Virus record (IMG/VR): IMGVR_UViG_3300013121_000039
Coordinates: 1-64,000 of that record
DNA: 64,000 nt
DNA from: a virus
Lineage: Duplodnaviria; Caudoviricetes
Strand: one strand, 5' to 3'
Below the pieces are notes generated by a model. It was given only the letters and a program-made list of their open reading frames with translations. It was not told the DNA's origin and ran no database searches. The translations under genes were made by a program, and so were the position numbers. Shown one piece after another: positions 28,148-37,774 of the stretch. How positions within the stretch are numbered: the stretch's first letter is position 1; each line of letters opens with the position of its first letter.

Positions 28148-28948
28148 CTACCTCACGACCTGGGCTTGCCCGACGAAGGGCGGGTGGTAGGGGATGCCGG
28201 CCGTCTGGAGGTTCTGAGCCCGCATGCGTGGCGGCATGCTGGCGAGCCTCTTGGACTCCAGAGACTCCGTCAGGCGTCGAATCGCGTGCCGGGAGAGGCG
28301 AGGGCTCTCGCCGTACTTCAGCCCGTACGGGGCGAAGTACTCCCGGTCCCCGTGAGCGGGGAAGTTGCGCATGCCCTTCATGAACTGCTTCACCGGGGCC
28401 GCGCTCTCCGGAAGCGTCGCCACACGGTTGTGCTCCTTGAAGATGACCGCCGGGTTGTGCTCGCGGACCACGCTCGTGCTGCCGAGCTCGTCCAGCTCGT
28501 GACCCTTGATCACCCCTTGCAGGATGCGGTTGTTGGCCGGGTCCCTCATCTTGGGAAGCTGCCGCACGTGGGCCTCGTCGACGCCGCGGCGGATCTCGGA
28601 GACGGCTCCCGGGGCTTGGAAGATCCGGGGGGTGTGCCCGGCGAGAGCGGCGGCCGGCTGCTTCACGGCTGCACGGACCACCTGGTCCCGGCCAGTCTCT
28701 GCCAGCTGCTGCCGGAACTCGGGCCGGACGGGCCCGGTGAACTTCTTGAAGAGCTCCTTGCCGCGCTGGAGCATCCCCGAGACCGACTGGTGGGCCGACA
28801 TCGGGCCGATCCCCAACCTCTTGGAGATGCGGGTCGGCACGTTGACCTGGAGCTTCTTGGCGAGGCCGGCCACGCGCATGGCCTCCTCCTCGCCGAAGGC
28901 GACCTTCTCCAACTCGTCGAAGAAGCTGTAGAGGGTCTCAGGCCGCAC
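28148..28948 (-). CDS. FxDELxKIA-tagged basic protein with HELDE...H motif
   Basis: YSFFDELEKVA; GHELDELG..REHNPAVIFKEHN. Confidence 0.75.
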   Translation of the reverse strand: MRPETLYSFFDELEKVAFGEEEAMRVAGLAKKLQVNVPTRISKRLGIGPMSAHQSVSGMLQRGKELFKKFTGPVRPEFRQQLAETGRDQVVRAAVKQPAAALAGHTPRIFQAPGAVSEIRRGVDEAHVRQLPKMRDPANNRILQGVIKGHELDELGSTSVVREHNPAVIFKEHNRVATLPESAAPVKQFMKGMRNFPAHGDREYFAPYGLKYGESPRLSRHAIRRLTESLESKRLASMPPRMRAQNLQTAGIPYHPPFVGQAQVVR

Positions 28949-28957
28949 GAGGTCTCC

Positions 28958-28996
28958 GAACGAACAACGGGGAGGGAGGCAGAGCTCCCTCCCCGT
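28958..28996 (-). terminator. Terminator after the major capsid gene
   Basis: 12-bp perfect stem ACGGGGAGGGAG/CTCCCTCCCCGT. TGTTCGTTC follows on the minus strand. Confidence 0.7.
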
Positions 28997-29022
28997 CGGG
29001 TCTCACTGGCTGCGGGCCAGTT

Positions 29023-30141
29023 CTAGAACTGGCTGACGTTCGGGTACTTCAGGCCGGCGTCGACCCGGTTGTTCACGGGGAACAGGTTCGGGTCGTTCTC
29101 GTCGAGCGGGACCGCCGCCTCGTAGCCGGTGTCCGTGTCGCCGGGGGTGACGGAGCCCGCGTAGAGCTCCATCTTGACGATGGACGCGATGTTGCCGAAG
29201 CCCATCGCGATGTCCTCCCAGGACTGCCAGGTGATCAGGTTCGCGATCTTGTCGATGTAGAACTTGGTCTGGTTGAGGACGTAGAAGCGGCCCAGGAACT
29301 CCGGCGCGGTGAAGCAGTAGATGTTGCCCTCGCGGAGGATCTCGGTCTTGATGGTGCGGATGTACTTCAGGCCGAGGATGTTGTCGCTCTTCCAGCCCTG
29401 GGTCGCGGTCTCGCCGGCGATCTGCATGCCGACGTCCTGGATGGTCCAGGCCGAGATGTCGTCGAAGTCCGTCTCGGTGAGCAGCATCCGCTCGGCGCGC
29501 AGGTGGCGCCGGTGGAGCAGCTTCTTCAGCTTGATGAAGTCGGTCTTGAGGACCGGGTAGACGGTGAAGTCGTCGGCCGCGCTGGTGAGCGCGCCCTCAC
29601 CCTTCACCACCGAGGCCCCGACCACCGTGGCGATGTCGGAGGTCCGGAAGCCCTTCACGCTGCCGTTGGCGTCCGTCTGGTACCCCTGGACGCACGCCTC
29701 GGCGAAGATGAGGAACTGGCGGTCCTCGATCGTCTGCATGTCCTTGACGGTGTTCTCCTCGATGATCTTGGTCACCGGCATCTCGTAGGCGAGGAGCTCC
29801 TGCTCCGTCTTCTCGAACTTCTCGCTGGAGATGGTGAAGAACGGGATCTCGTAGCGGGGCGCCCGGATGAAGCGGGCGGTGGGCTGGCCGCGGAAGGTCA
29901 GCGCCATGGCCCGCGAGTTGGGCTCGATGTCCACGATCTTCACGAGGGTGTCGTGGTTGACCGACCGCTGGCACTCCGTCCGCTGGACCGGCTGCGGCGG
30001 GATGACCTTGCGGGCGAACGACACCTCGCGGAGCCGGTCGCGGATGTACGTCCCGCCGAACTCGGCGATCTTGTCCTTGCCCTCCTGGTGGGCGACCTTG
30101 TCGAAGAAGAGGTCGTTCAGGACCTTGGCTGGCACGCTCAT
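29023..30141 (-). CDS. Major capsid protein (HK97-fold)
   Basis: Follows protease and scaffold genes. YIRDRLREVSFARKVIPP, KDMQTIEDRQFL and YCFTAPEFLGRF patterns. Extreme codon bias, own terminator. Confidence 0.85.
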   Translation of the reverse strand: MSVPAKVLNDLFFDKVAHQEGKDKIAEFGGTYIRDRLREVSFARKVIPPQPVQRTECQRSVNHDTLVKIVDIEPNSRAMALTFRGQPTARFIRAPRYEIPFFTISSEKFEKTEQELLAYEMPVTKIIEENTVKDMQTIEDRQFLIFAEACVQGYQTDANGSVKGFRTSDIATVVGASVVKGEGALTSAADDFTVYPVLKTDFIKLKKLLHRRHLRAERMLLTETDFDDISAWTIQDVGMQIAGETATQGWKSDNILGLKYIRTIKTEILREGNIYCFTAPEFLGRFYVLNQTKFYIDKIANLITWQSWEDIAMGFGNIASIVKMELYAGSVTPGDTDTGYEAAVPLDENDPNLFPVNNRVDAGLKYPNVSQF

Positions 30142-30188
30142 TTGGTTCTCCTGTTCAGGTTCCGTGTGGGGTCAGTGGCGGTCCTGGA

Positions 30189-30701
30189 CTACACCGCGCT
30201 GATCTTCTGGTTGCCGAAGTGGACGAAGCGGACCTTGGCCGCCGCGCCCGTCCCGGTGATCTTGGAGATGAAGCCGACCACCACGCGCTCGTCGGTGCCG
30301 GCCGCCTTGGCCAGGCCGCGCCGCACGATGCCGCCGTGGGTCACGTCCTGGACGGTCAGCGGGTCGCCGACCTGGTAGCCGGAGAGGTCCGCCGGGTGGA
30401 CCAGCGTCTCCGCCTCGTACATGCCGAGGAAGATGACGTTGGCCTTCTTGATGCTCTGGGTGTCGTACCGGCCGCGCTCGGTGTGGACCGGGAAGACGGC
30501 GGCGTTGACGCCCTCGTCGGCCGTGCCGGCGTTGTTGTCGCCGCCGCGGGCCAGCATGTAGTCGGTGTTGAGCTCCAGCCACTCGCCCTCGACCAGAGGC
30601 CGGGAGTCGAGCGGGTTGAGGATGGCCTCGGCGGCCAGGGGGAAGTCGCGGCGGATGGTGACCTGGAGCTCGGTGATCAGCTCGAAGTTGGGGGACGGCA
30701 T
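30189..30701 (-). CDS. Putative capsid decoration/cement protein
   Basis: Directly upstream of the MCP, highly biased codons, beta-rich with YQVGDPLTV..VVGFI. Confidence 0.6.
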   Translation of the reverse strand: MPSPNFELITELQVTIRRDFPLAAEAILNPLDSRPLVEGEWLELNTDYMLARGGDNNAGTADEGVNAAVFPVHTERGRYDTQSIKKANVIFLGMYEAETLVHPADLSGYQVGDPLTVQDVTHGGIVRRGLAKAAGTDERVVVGFISKITGTGAAAKVRFVHFGNQKISAV

Positions 30702-30748
30702 CTGGTTCTTCTCCTTGAAGGGTTGTGTGAAGAGCTACAGCTGGTGGG

Positions 30749-31141
30749 TCAGACCTCGTTGAGGGCGGCGAGGAAGCGGGTGGCGGCCTGGTCGCCCTCG
30801 GTGTCGCCCGAGGACTCGACCTCCAGGTCGGTCTCGTGGACGAAGGCGACCTTCGTCTGCGGGGCGGCCATGCCCACGGCCTCCTCGACGGCGTCGAGGT
30901 TGTCGCGCTGCATGAGCTCGGCGATCTTCTCCTGGAGGCTGGAGCCCGGGTTGAGCCCCTTCTCCTCCATCTGACCGGCGATCTTCTCGACCCGCGCCCG
31001 CTTCTCGAACGCCGCCACCTTCTGCTTGAGGTCGGTGTTCTCGTCGCGGAGCTTGGTGTTGTCCTCCGAGAGAGCTCGGAGGTTGTCGGCCGCCAGCTTC
31101 GAGAGCTGGGCGACCTGGGTGTTGCTCAGCTTGGTCGGCAT
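30749..31141 (-). CDS. Scaffold-like coiled-coil protein, K-x-A rich
   Basis: Start ATG 31141 (MPTKLS). 6 of 10 Lys are followed by x-A. Confidence 0.7.
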   Translation of the reverse strand: MPTKLSNTQVAQLSKLAADNLRALSEDNTKLRDENTDLKQKVAAFEKRARVEKIAGQMEEKGLNPGSSLQEKIAELMQRDNLDAVEEAVGMAAPQTKVAFVHETDLEVESSGDTEGDQAATRFLAALNEV

Positions 31142-31155
31142 GGTCGTCTCGCTCC

Positions 31156-32199
31156 TCAGACGGTGGTCTTGTCGTCCGTCGCCAGCTTGGCGGCGGCCGC
31201 CTTCATCTTGCAGTGGCGGCAGGTTCCTGCCTGCTCGCACTGGCACCCCTCCTCGGCGATCTTCGCCAGGAAGGCTCGCTGCGCTGCGATCTTCACGCCG
31301 CCCTTCGCGGCGCTCCGCAGGTTCCCCGTGATGTTCTCGGCCACGCCGCGCTTCGAGGCGGGCTCGGTCAGCACCTGGGCCAGCTCCGCCTTGCGGGCGG
31401 CCTTGGCCTCGGGCTTGGTCACGTTCTTGAGGTTCTGGGCGTTCTGGATGAGCCCACGCCCGGGCTGCATCTTGGGCTTGGCGCTGGAGGCGAGGGTCTC
31501 GCCGCCCTGCCGCGCCTCGCCACCGAGATCCGCGCCCTCGGCGATCTTGGAGAGGATGTAGTCGACCGCGCCGGCCGTCTTCTCCTCGGGCTTCTTGGCC
31601 GCGGTCTTCTCCTGGGCGGCGGCCGCGACGGCGGCCTTCAGGGTCTCGACGCTGCTGGTCTTGAGCACGCCCTTCGCCGGGTACTTCGCGCCCGTCCCAC
31701 CCGGCGCACGGTGCGCGTCGGTGGCCGTCAGGCCCTGGGTCGGGTTGTCGGAGGCCGCCGTGGTCATGCCCTTCGGCGACTTCGCCTTGCCCTTGGAGGG
31801 CGTCGGCTGGGTGCCGCCAGCAGGACGCTGGACGGGGAGGACCTGGCCGCCCTGGTGGGACTCACCGCCCAGCTCCACGGCGTCGGCCAGCTTCTCGGCC
31901 ATCTCGTCGAGCGCCGCGGCGAGCTTCGTGACCTCCTCCGGGTCGGCGGGGTCGATGACGGCCGAGGACTTCTTCTCGTACTCGGCCTTCTCCTCCTCGA
32001 CGGAGGGGACGTGGCCGTGCTCCTTCTTCTCGAACTTGAGGAGCTTCTTCACCTTGTCGCCCTTCTCGCCCTTGTCGTCGTCGCACTTCTCGGCGGCGAC
32101 CTTCATCTTCTGGCGCGTCTCGTCGAGCACGTTGGAGATGAGAGCGGAGAGGTGGGTCTGCGAGCCGGCGAGCTTGGTCTTCAGCATCATCGTCTCCAT
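31156..32199 (-). CDS. Prohead core/scaffold-like protein, K-x-A rich, C-terminal Cys4
   Basis: Many KLA/KIA/KTA/KVA. Internal repeat LGGE(S/A)(H/R)QGG. CQCEQAGTCRHC. Confidence 0.7.
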   Translation of the reverse strand: METMMLKTKLAGSQTHLSALISNVLDETRQKMKVAAEKCDDDKGEKGDKVKKLLKFEKKEHGHVPSVEEEKAEYEKKSSAVIDPADPEEVTKLAAALDEMAEKLADAVELGGESHQGGQVLPVQRPAGGTQPTPSKGKAKSPKGMTTAASDNPTQGLTATDAHRAPGGTGAKYPAKGVLKTSSVETLKAAVAAAAQEKTAAKKPEEKTAGAVDYILSKIAEGADLGGEARQGGETLASSAKPKMQPGRGLIQNAQNLKNVTKPEAKAARKAELAQVLTEPASKRGVAENITGNLRSAAKGGVKIAAQRAFLAKIAEEGCQCEQAGTCRHCKMKAAAAKLATDDKTTV

Positions 32200-32571
32200 C
32201 TAGATATCCCCCGCCGAGGTGGCGAGGGGCGGTGGAAGGCTGTCCGGCACCGGCCGGCTGTTGAGGAACGGCTTCGAGGGATCCCTGCGCTTGTTGGCTG
32301 CGATCTTCTTCATCTCGTCAGAGAACCCCTTCAGGAAGGCCAAGCTGCTCGTCTTGGACTTGCTGCTGGGGTCCGCCGTCTGCGTGTACTCCGACTGCGA
32401 CTTCCGGTACTTCCTCTTCGCCTTCTGCTTCCCTTCCGCCGTCCCGTAGCCTCCGGGGGTGTGTCCTGTTGCGTGCGACTGCTGCGTGGCGATTGCGAAG
32501 GCCTGGCTCTTCGGCATCGCCGGGTTCTTCGAGAGGATGTGCTCTGCCCTGTTGTGGATCCAGGCTGGCAT
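32200..32571 (-). CDS. Tagged small basic protein
   Basis: GAGGAG RBS before ATG 32571. Internal FLKGFSDEMKKIA. Confidence 0.75.
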   Translation of the reverse strand: MPAWIHNRAEHILSKNPAMPKSQAFAIATQQSHATGHTPGGYGTAEGKQKAKRKYRKSQSEYTQTADPSSKSKTSSLAFLKGFSDEMKKIAANKRRDPSKPFLNSRPVPDSLPPPLATSAGDI

Positions 32572-32580
32572 GAGCTCCTC

Positions 32581-32625
32581 GAACAACATCCCAGGGGCGG
32601 CGTCTCGTACCCGCCGCCCCTGGGA
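32581..32625 (-). terminator. Terminator after the acidic scaffold gene
   Basis: 14-bp stem TCCCAGGGGCGGCG/CGCCGCCCCTGGGA. TGTTGTTC follows on the minus strand. Confidence 0.7.
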
Positions 32626-32634
32626 AGGGGTGTG

Positions 32635-33393
32635 CTACTCCTCGGCCTCCTCGGCCTGCTGCTGGACGTAGCCGGCCTCGGTCAGCATCTCGATGGCGCG
32701 CTGCTCGACGCGCTCGGCCAGGACCTCCTCCGGCGCGGCGGCCTTCTTCTCCTCGCCGACCTCGATGCCGTTCTCCGCGAGGATCTCGTGGGCCCGGCGG
32801 AGGGCGAGCTGGTCGAGGGCGGAGGGCTGCTCCGTCTCGGCCGACGCCTTCTTCTTCTTCATCTTCTTGTAGGCCAGGGCGCCGCCACCGGCCACGGCCG
32901 CGCCCGCGGCGCCGCCGATGTACTTCTTCTTGTGGGCCTTGAGGTGGGCGCCGACCTTGCCGCCGACCTCCTTGGCCTTCGCCTTGAAGGCCTCGGCGCG
33001 GGGGCCGGCGGTCTTCTCCTCGCCCTCGGCGGCGGCGATCTTGCGGAGCTCCTGCGTGTAGGCGTGCGCCATCACGCGGCCGAGGTAGTCGGCCTCGGCG
33101 AGCTTCTCCTGGGCCTCGGCGACCTTGGCCTCCTCGCCCTCCTCGGGCTCCTTGACCTCGGCCTCCTCGTCGTCCTCCTCGCCGGAGGCCTCCTGCTCCT
33201 CCTCCTCGCCCTCCTCGCCGGCGAGCGCGGCGGCGGCGAGCGCCTCGACCTGCTCGTCGGTGATCTCGGCGGGGTCGACCTCGCCCTCGGCGGCGAGCTT
33301 CTCGGCGAGCTCGGCCGCGGCCAGCTTCTCGGTGTCCTCGCCGTCCGAGACGTCCGTCCCGTAGAGAGCGGCGAGCTGGGGATCCATCGGCAT
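32635..33393 (-). CDS. Acidic scaffolding/prohead core protein
   Basis: E/A-rich. EKLA repeats, GRVMAHAYTQELRKIA. Directly downstream of the protease. Confidence 0.75.
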   Translation of the reverse strand: MPMDPQLAALYGTDVSDGEDTEKLAAAELAEKLAAEGEVDPAEITDEQVEALAAAALAGEEGEEEEQEASGEEDDEEAEVKEPEEGEEAKVAEAQEKLAEADYLGRVMAHAYTQELRKIAAAEGEEKTAGPRAEAFKAKAKEVGGKVGAHLKAHKKKYIGGAAGAAVAGGGALAYKKMKKKKASAETEQPSALDQLALRRAHEILAENGIEVGEEKKAAAPEEVLAERVEQRAIEMLTEAGYVQQQAEEAEE

Positions 33394-33456
33394 GTCTTCT
33401 TCTCCTGTGTGCAAGTGCTGCGGGTGGGTGTGTGGCCGTCTCCGAGACGTGAGTCT

Positions 33457-35178
33457 CTAGGCCGCGTGTGGGGAGTCCGTCAGGAAGTCCCTGGAATCGA
33501 GAACGGCCGCACCAGCGACCGCATCACTGCGCAGGAGGTCACGGTCCTTGAAGTGAGCGCCCAAGAAGTACGTCATCGAGTTGGGGGAGAGTACCTCGGC
33601 GCTGGACGTCTTGAGGAACATGGTGCCGAGTCCGTCTCCGAGAAGCTCTGCCCTCAACTTCGGGTCACTGTGGACTGCCGCGACGACTTGCGACAGCTTC
33701 TTCAAGACACCGCGCCGGTACCCGTTGTACGCGGCACTGACCTTGTCCAGCAAAGGATGCTCGACGGGGTCACGGGTGGGAAGGGCATTTTTCGCCGAAC
33801 CGCCTGAGATGAGGACCCGGATTTGGAAGGGCGACCCGATGGCCGATCGCTCTCTCACGTACTTCTTCAGAGTGGCGAAGACGGCGTCGAGAGGATCGAG
33901 GCGGGAGGGGAGACCGCCGAAGTCGAACCCCGGCACCTGGCGGAAGACCTTGTGGTCCCGGTCCAGCGTGTCGAGAAGGTCGTCCTCGCCCATCCGGCGC
34001 AGCGTGAGGTGCTGAAACTCCTGCGGCTTGAGGACGATCCCGAGGCGGGTCAGAGCCCCCAGGATGGCGGGGAGCGGGTGCCCGGACAGCTCTTCGAGAT
34101 CGGCCTTCCGGAAGTCCGGCTCGGCCTGCTCCAGCGTCCGCATCGAAGAGGAGAAAGCCGGAACCTTCTTGAGGATCTCGGCCACCTTCTTGGACGCCTG
34201 CTTCACGCCGAAGGCGGAGGCGAGCTTCTCCTCTTCGCACGCATCCTTGGAGGCGCACTCGGAGCACAACCTCCCACATGGCCCACGCCGCTCGTCTCCG
34301 CAGGACGCAGCCTTGACGGTGTGCGCCCCACCCTGGTGTTCAGGATTGAGCTCGGCCAGGGCCGGGGGAGGGCTGGACGACACCGCTTCCGCTGCACTGG
34401 GCAGGGCGCACACCGAACCGAGACACACCTGCCGGCCCTTCGCGGCCAGCTTCGCCATCACCTTGGCCGTCTTGTCGGCACCGATGAAGACGAAGCTGAT
34501 GTCGAAGAAGCGCGGGAGGGTGTTGACGACGTAGATCTTCCTGCCGTCCGGCAGGATCTTGTTGGGGCCGAAGATGCCGCGGAACTCCTCGGTCGGCCTC
34601 ATGTGCTTGCAGTAGTCGTCGCGCGTCTTCGACTTGTGCCCGCAGATGGAGCAGACGTCGAAGGGGACCCGGCAGCCCATGCTGACGTCCGGGAACTCGC
34701 CCTTCTCGATCCGAGTGATGATCCCTTCGGCGCCGCGCTCCTTGGCCTGGGCGCGGTCGAGCCGGATGATGAGCTCGACCCGCTTCATCCCGTGGTTCAG
34801 GACCGAGAGCACCGGCACCCCGAAGGCGCGGGCTGGGTCCTTGTTCACGTGGTGCTGGAAGGCGTGAGCGTTGAGGAAGGTGAGGTAGCCGTAGTCCTTC
34901 CCCGCGTGGGCCAGAGCCTCCCAGGGGAAGTAGTCGGCGTTGATGTTGGGGCCGAAGTACTCGCCGGCGCCCAGGGCGTTCACCAGGACGTAGAGGTAGT
35001 TCTTCCGGTCCTCGGCGGTGAGCTTCTTGATGTAGCGGCGAAGGGCCTCTCCAGTCTCCCAGTCCGAAAAGGGAGCCGCGCCGGCTGTCTTCTCGAAAGC
35101 TCCGGAGCTTCCGAAAAGGGCCTGCGCGTTGGTGCCGGCGTCTGATGCGCCGAGGAAGAGGACCTGCTTGTCCATCAC
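33457..35178 (-). CDS. Prohead maturation protease (HK97-type serine protease) with Zn-ribbon insert
   Basis: NADYFP, FQHHVN (catalytic His region), PDVSMGC (catalytic Ser), CSICG..YCKH, FFDISFV..GAD. Confidence 0.85.
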   Translation of the reverse strand: MMDKQVLFLGASDAGTNAQALFGSSGAFEKTAGAAPFSDWETGEALRRYIKKLTAEDRKNYLYVLVNALGAGEYFGPNINADYFPWEALAHAGKDYGYLTFLNAHAFQHHVNKDPARAFGVPVLSVLNHGMKRVELIIRLDRAQAKERGAEGIITRIEKGEFPDVSMGCRVPFDVCSICGHKSKTRDDYCKHMRPTEEFRGIFGPNKILPDGRKIYVVNTLPRFFDISFVFIGADKTAKVMAKLAAKGRQVCLGSVCALPSAAEAVSSSPPPALAELNPEHQGGAHTVKAASCGDERRGPCGRLCSECASKDACEEEKLASAFGVKQASKKVAEILKKVPAFSSSMRTLEQAEPDFRKADLEELSGHPLPAILGALTRLGIVLKPQEFQHLTLRRMGEDDLLDTLDRDHKVFRQVPGFDFGGLPSRLDPLDAVFATLKKYVRERSAIGSPFQIRVLISGGSAKNALPTRDPVEHPLLDKVSAAYNGYRRGVLKKLSQVVAAVHSDPKLRAELLGDGLGTMFLKTSSAEVLSPNSMTYFLGAHFKDRDLLRSDAVAGAAVLDSRDFLTDSPHAA

Positions 35179-35783
35179 GACCTGGAGGACCCACCCGTCT
35201 TCGGCCTCTCGTCCTTGCTGCCCTGGACGGTGACCTTGGCGCCGCCGGAGAAGGGCGCATAGTAGGACTTCGCCTTCTCCGTCTGGGCCTTCACCATGCT
35301 CTCCATGAGCTTGTGGGCGCTGCCCTCCATCTCACCGGAGTGGACCACGTTGTAGACCATGGCCCCGGCGGCCATGGGGTCCGAGGCGACGTCCGGCGCA
35401 TGGCGCTGGAGCATGTGGAAGGCGCTCCGCACCCGCTCCTGGGGATGGTCCTTGAGGGCCGGGTTCGCCTCGATCATCCGCTTCCAGTTGCGGCCGCTGG
35501 TGAGGCCGCGCCGGCTGGCGTTGTAGAGATCCGTCGCGATGGCGGTTCCGAGACCGAGGACGACCGTGCCGGCGATGCCCTTGCCGACATCCGCGAAGAA
35601 GCCCCCCACCGAGGCCTCCTTGGACTTGCCGAGAGCGTAGGCGGTGATCTCCCGCATCTCGGCCGCCACTTCCTGGGCCGAGACGGGGTCCAGCGACTCC
35701 AGCTCCTGGAGCATGGTCGCCGTCTTCTGCATGAGGTCCGGCTTGGCCGCGTGGGCGGCCTTGATGATGTCGGTCTGGGTCAT
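35175..35783 (-). CDS. Head-associated protein with K-x-A sites and Gly-rich hydrophobic segment
   Basis: IKAA, QKTA, SKEAS; GIAGTVVLGLGTAIA. Confidence 0.7.
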   Translation of the reverse strand: MTQTDIIKAAHAAKPDLMQKTATMLQELESLDPVSAQEVAAEMREITAYALGKSKEASVGGFFADVGKGIAGTVVLGLGTAIATDLYNASRRGLTSGRNWKRMIEANPALKDHPQERVRSAFHMLQRHAPDVASDPMAAGAMVYNVVHSGEMEGSAHKLMESMVKAQTEKAKSYYAPFSGGAKVTVQGSKDERPKTGGSSRS

Positions 35784-36034
35784 CGCGAGTCCGTCATGCC
35801 GAGCTGCTGACGCAGCACGCCCGGGCGCATGTTGTTGTAGGTCTTGCGGCCCGCCCCCACCGCAGCAGCGCCACCGAGGACCGCCGTGGTCGCCTTGACG
35901 GGATGGGCCAGGCCCCAGGCCACACCCTTCCCCGCCATCCGGCCGGCTGCGTTGAGCAGACCGGCCTCCTTCGCCAGGACCAGCCGCCGGAGCGCCTGTG
36001 ACGTCTGGGCGTGCTTGCGCAGCTCAGCCAGCAA
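35780..36034 (-). CDS. Small basic glycine-zipper protein (degenerate tag)
   Basis: MLAELRKHA..AKEAG; AVLGGAAAVGAG. Confidence 0.7.
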   Translation of the reverse strand: MLAELRKHAQTSQALRRLVLAKEAGLLNAAGRMAGKGVAWGLAHPVKATTAVLGGAAAVGAGRKTYNNMRPGVLRQQLGMTDSR

Positions 36035-36959
36035 GGAACTCCTCCCGGATGGCCTGCTTCACCCTGTCGAGCTGCATGTCGACGTCCTCCAGGGCGGAGG
36101 CCACCTTCTCCGTCTCGTCGAGGAGGTTGTGGAGCGCCGAGAAGCCGGCGACGAAGGGGTGGGTCGGATCGACGACGCGGTGGGCCACCTTGGAGAGGCC
36201 GCGGCTCTGGAGGGTGATCTCGTCCACCGAGGCCACCTTCTCGTCGATCAGGCGCTTGATGAAGGGGCCGAGGATGGAGGCGATCTTCTGGGACGGCAGC
36301 CCCGTCTCGTTGGCACCCCGCAGGACGTCGACGAAGCTGCCGCCGTCCATGAGGTGCCTCTTCATCGAGTCGTAGTAGTCGGCCTCGGCCGTCTTGAGCA
36401 GGATCTCGAACCTCTCCCCGGAGGAGGCCAGGTTGTCCCGGAGGTCGATGAGATCGTGCTTGGCGTTGACGATCACCTCGGCGGCGGACTCCGGGGTGAA
36501 GTCCACCGCGGCGGTCTTCGCCTGGCTGCCGGTACCGAGGAAGAGCTCCTCCAGAGCCCGCTCCCTCTCCGGGGTGGAGATCGAGGAGCGGCTCGGAGAC
36601 GCGAGGTAGGTCACGTCGGCCACCTGGCCCTCCTGGGACTGGGCGTTCGAGAGCTTCTTGAGGACAGCCTGCGGGTCGGCCAGTACGAACTGGGGGTAGC
36701 TGTGCTCCGAGCCGGCGGTCTTGTTCTTGTCGTGGAAGGAGAGGTAGGCCGCCGTGTTGGCGAACTCGACCACCCGGCGGACCTGCTCCGCGTTCATGTC
36801 GGGGTGCTGGGAGGCGATCTTCACCACTCCGTCGGTCAGGGGGACGTTCTTCTCGATGAGCAGGGAGGCGGCTTCCTTGCCCATGAGCTCCAGCTTCTCG
36901 GGGGTGAGGGCAAAGCCTCCGGTCCCGGAGAGCAGGTACTTGGAGAGATCATCGGCCAT
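36024..36959 (-). CDS. Head-associated protein, K-x-A rich
   Basis: 10 of 19 Lys are in K-x-A. Contains LLDETEKVA. First gene of the head operon. Confidence 0.75.
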   Translation of the reverse strand: MADDLSKYLLSGTGGFALTPEKLELMGKEAASLLIEKNVPLTDGVVKIASQHPDMNAEQVRRVVEFANTAAYLSFHDKNKTAGSEHSYPQFVLADPQAVLKKLSNAQSQEGQVADVTYLASPSRSSISTPERERALEELFLGTGSQAKTAAVDFTPESAAEVIVNAKHDLIDLRDNLASSGERFEILLKTAEADYYDSMKRHLMDGGSFVDVLRGANETGLPSQKIASILGPFIKRLIDEKVASVDEITLQSRGLSKVAHRVVDPTHPFVAGFSALHNLLDETEKVASALEDVDMQLDRVKQAIREEFLAG

Positions 36960-36997
36960 GGGTGGTAGACTCCAATCACCAGTCTTGAGCTGGGCCT

Positions 36998-37026
36998 AGC
37001 GTAGAAGGGAGAGGGCGAGGTGGGAA
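36998..37026 (-). promoter_or_regulatory. Putative sigma70-like late promoter TTCCCA-N17-TACGCT for the head operon
   Basis: The -35 box overlaps the start of the divergent HTH gene. Confidence 0.6.
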
Positions 37027-37715
37027 GCGATTTTCGAGACCTGGTGACAATGGAAGAAGCGGCCAAGATGCTGGGTCGCACGGTCCGCTCTGTCCGCTCA
37101 TACATGAAGACCGGCCTGCTGCGCAGGATCGTGGACAGCAAGAAGGTCTTCATCCCGAGGACCGACGTGGAGCAGCTCCAGGTCGAACTCGGAGCCGGCT
37201 TCCCGCCGATGAACCGCAAGACCTTCAACCAGCTGGTGGCCCACGTCCAGCGGCTGGAGATGGACCTCGTCGTCCTGAAAAGGATGAACGGCGTCTACGA
37301 CTCCCCACTTCGCCCGACGAAGGAGGAAACATCCAACCTCTTCCAGGCCTGCGTCGCAGCCCTCTCTGCGGGCTCCTGGACCCTCTCGGAGATCTCGCAG
37401 TGGGCCGACCTCTTCGAGAAGATGGATGACGTCTTCTTCGAGGTGCTAGCCGACAACATCGGCGTCTCCGACCCGTGGAGGCCCTTCTACCAGATCTGCG
37501 TGGCGCAGATGAAGCAGCTCTCCTCCATGGAAGGGTACAAGTCCTCTCTCGAACTGCAACATCTTCACAGCCGTCTCTCCATCGGCCTCTCCACGATGCG
37601 GCGTGTGATCATGGTCTGGATCGAGGCGGGGCGTAGCGAGAAGGCGCACGCAGTGGCGACGCTCATGGATGGGATCTCAGAAGCAGTGCTGCGTCGACTC
37701 ACAGCAAAAGCGTAG
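37020..37715 (+). CDS. Helix-turn-helix (MerR/excisionase-like) DNA-binding protein
   Basis: VTMEEAAKMLGRTVRSVRSYMKTGLL..VFIPRTDVEQL, followed by a coiled coil. Confidence 0.8.
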   Translation: MGSDFRDLVTMEEAAKMLGRTVRSVRSYMKTGLLRRIVDSKKVFIPRTDVEQLQVELGAGFPPMNRKTFNQLVAHVQRLEMDLVVLKRMNGVYDSPLRPTKEETSNLFQACVAALSAGSWTLSEISQWADLFEKMDDVFFEVLADNIGVSDPWRPFYQICVAQMKQLSSMEGYKSSLELQHLHSRLSIGLSTMRRVIMVWIEAGRSEKAHAVATLMDGISEAVLRRLTAKA

Positions 37716-37734
37716 AGCCTCCGGAGATAAGAAG
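37704..37734 (+). promoter_or_regulatory. Putative phage-RNAP promoter (AAAAG...GGAGATAAGAAG)
   Basis: Matches the motif at 55721-55755 and 63323-63357. Upstream of a plus-strand gene. Confidence 0.55.
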
Positions 37735-37774
37735 GTGACGGGTAGTTCTTCACCTTTTTCGGAGGCAACACATC

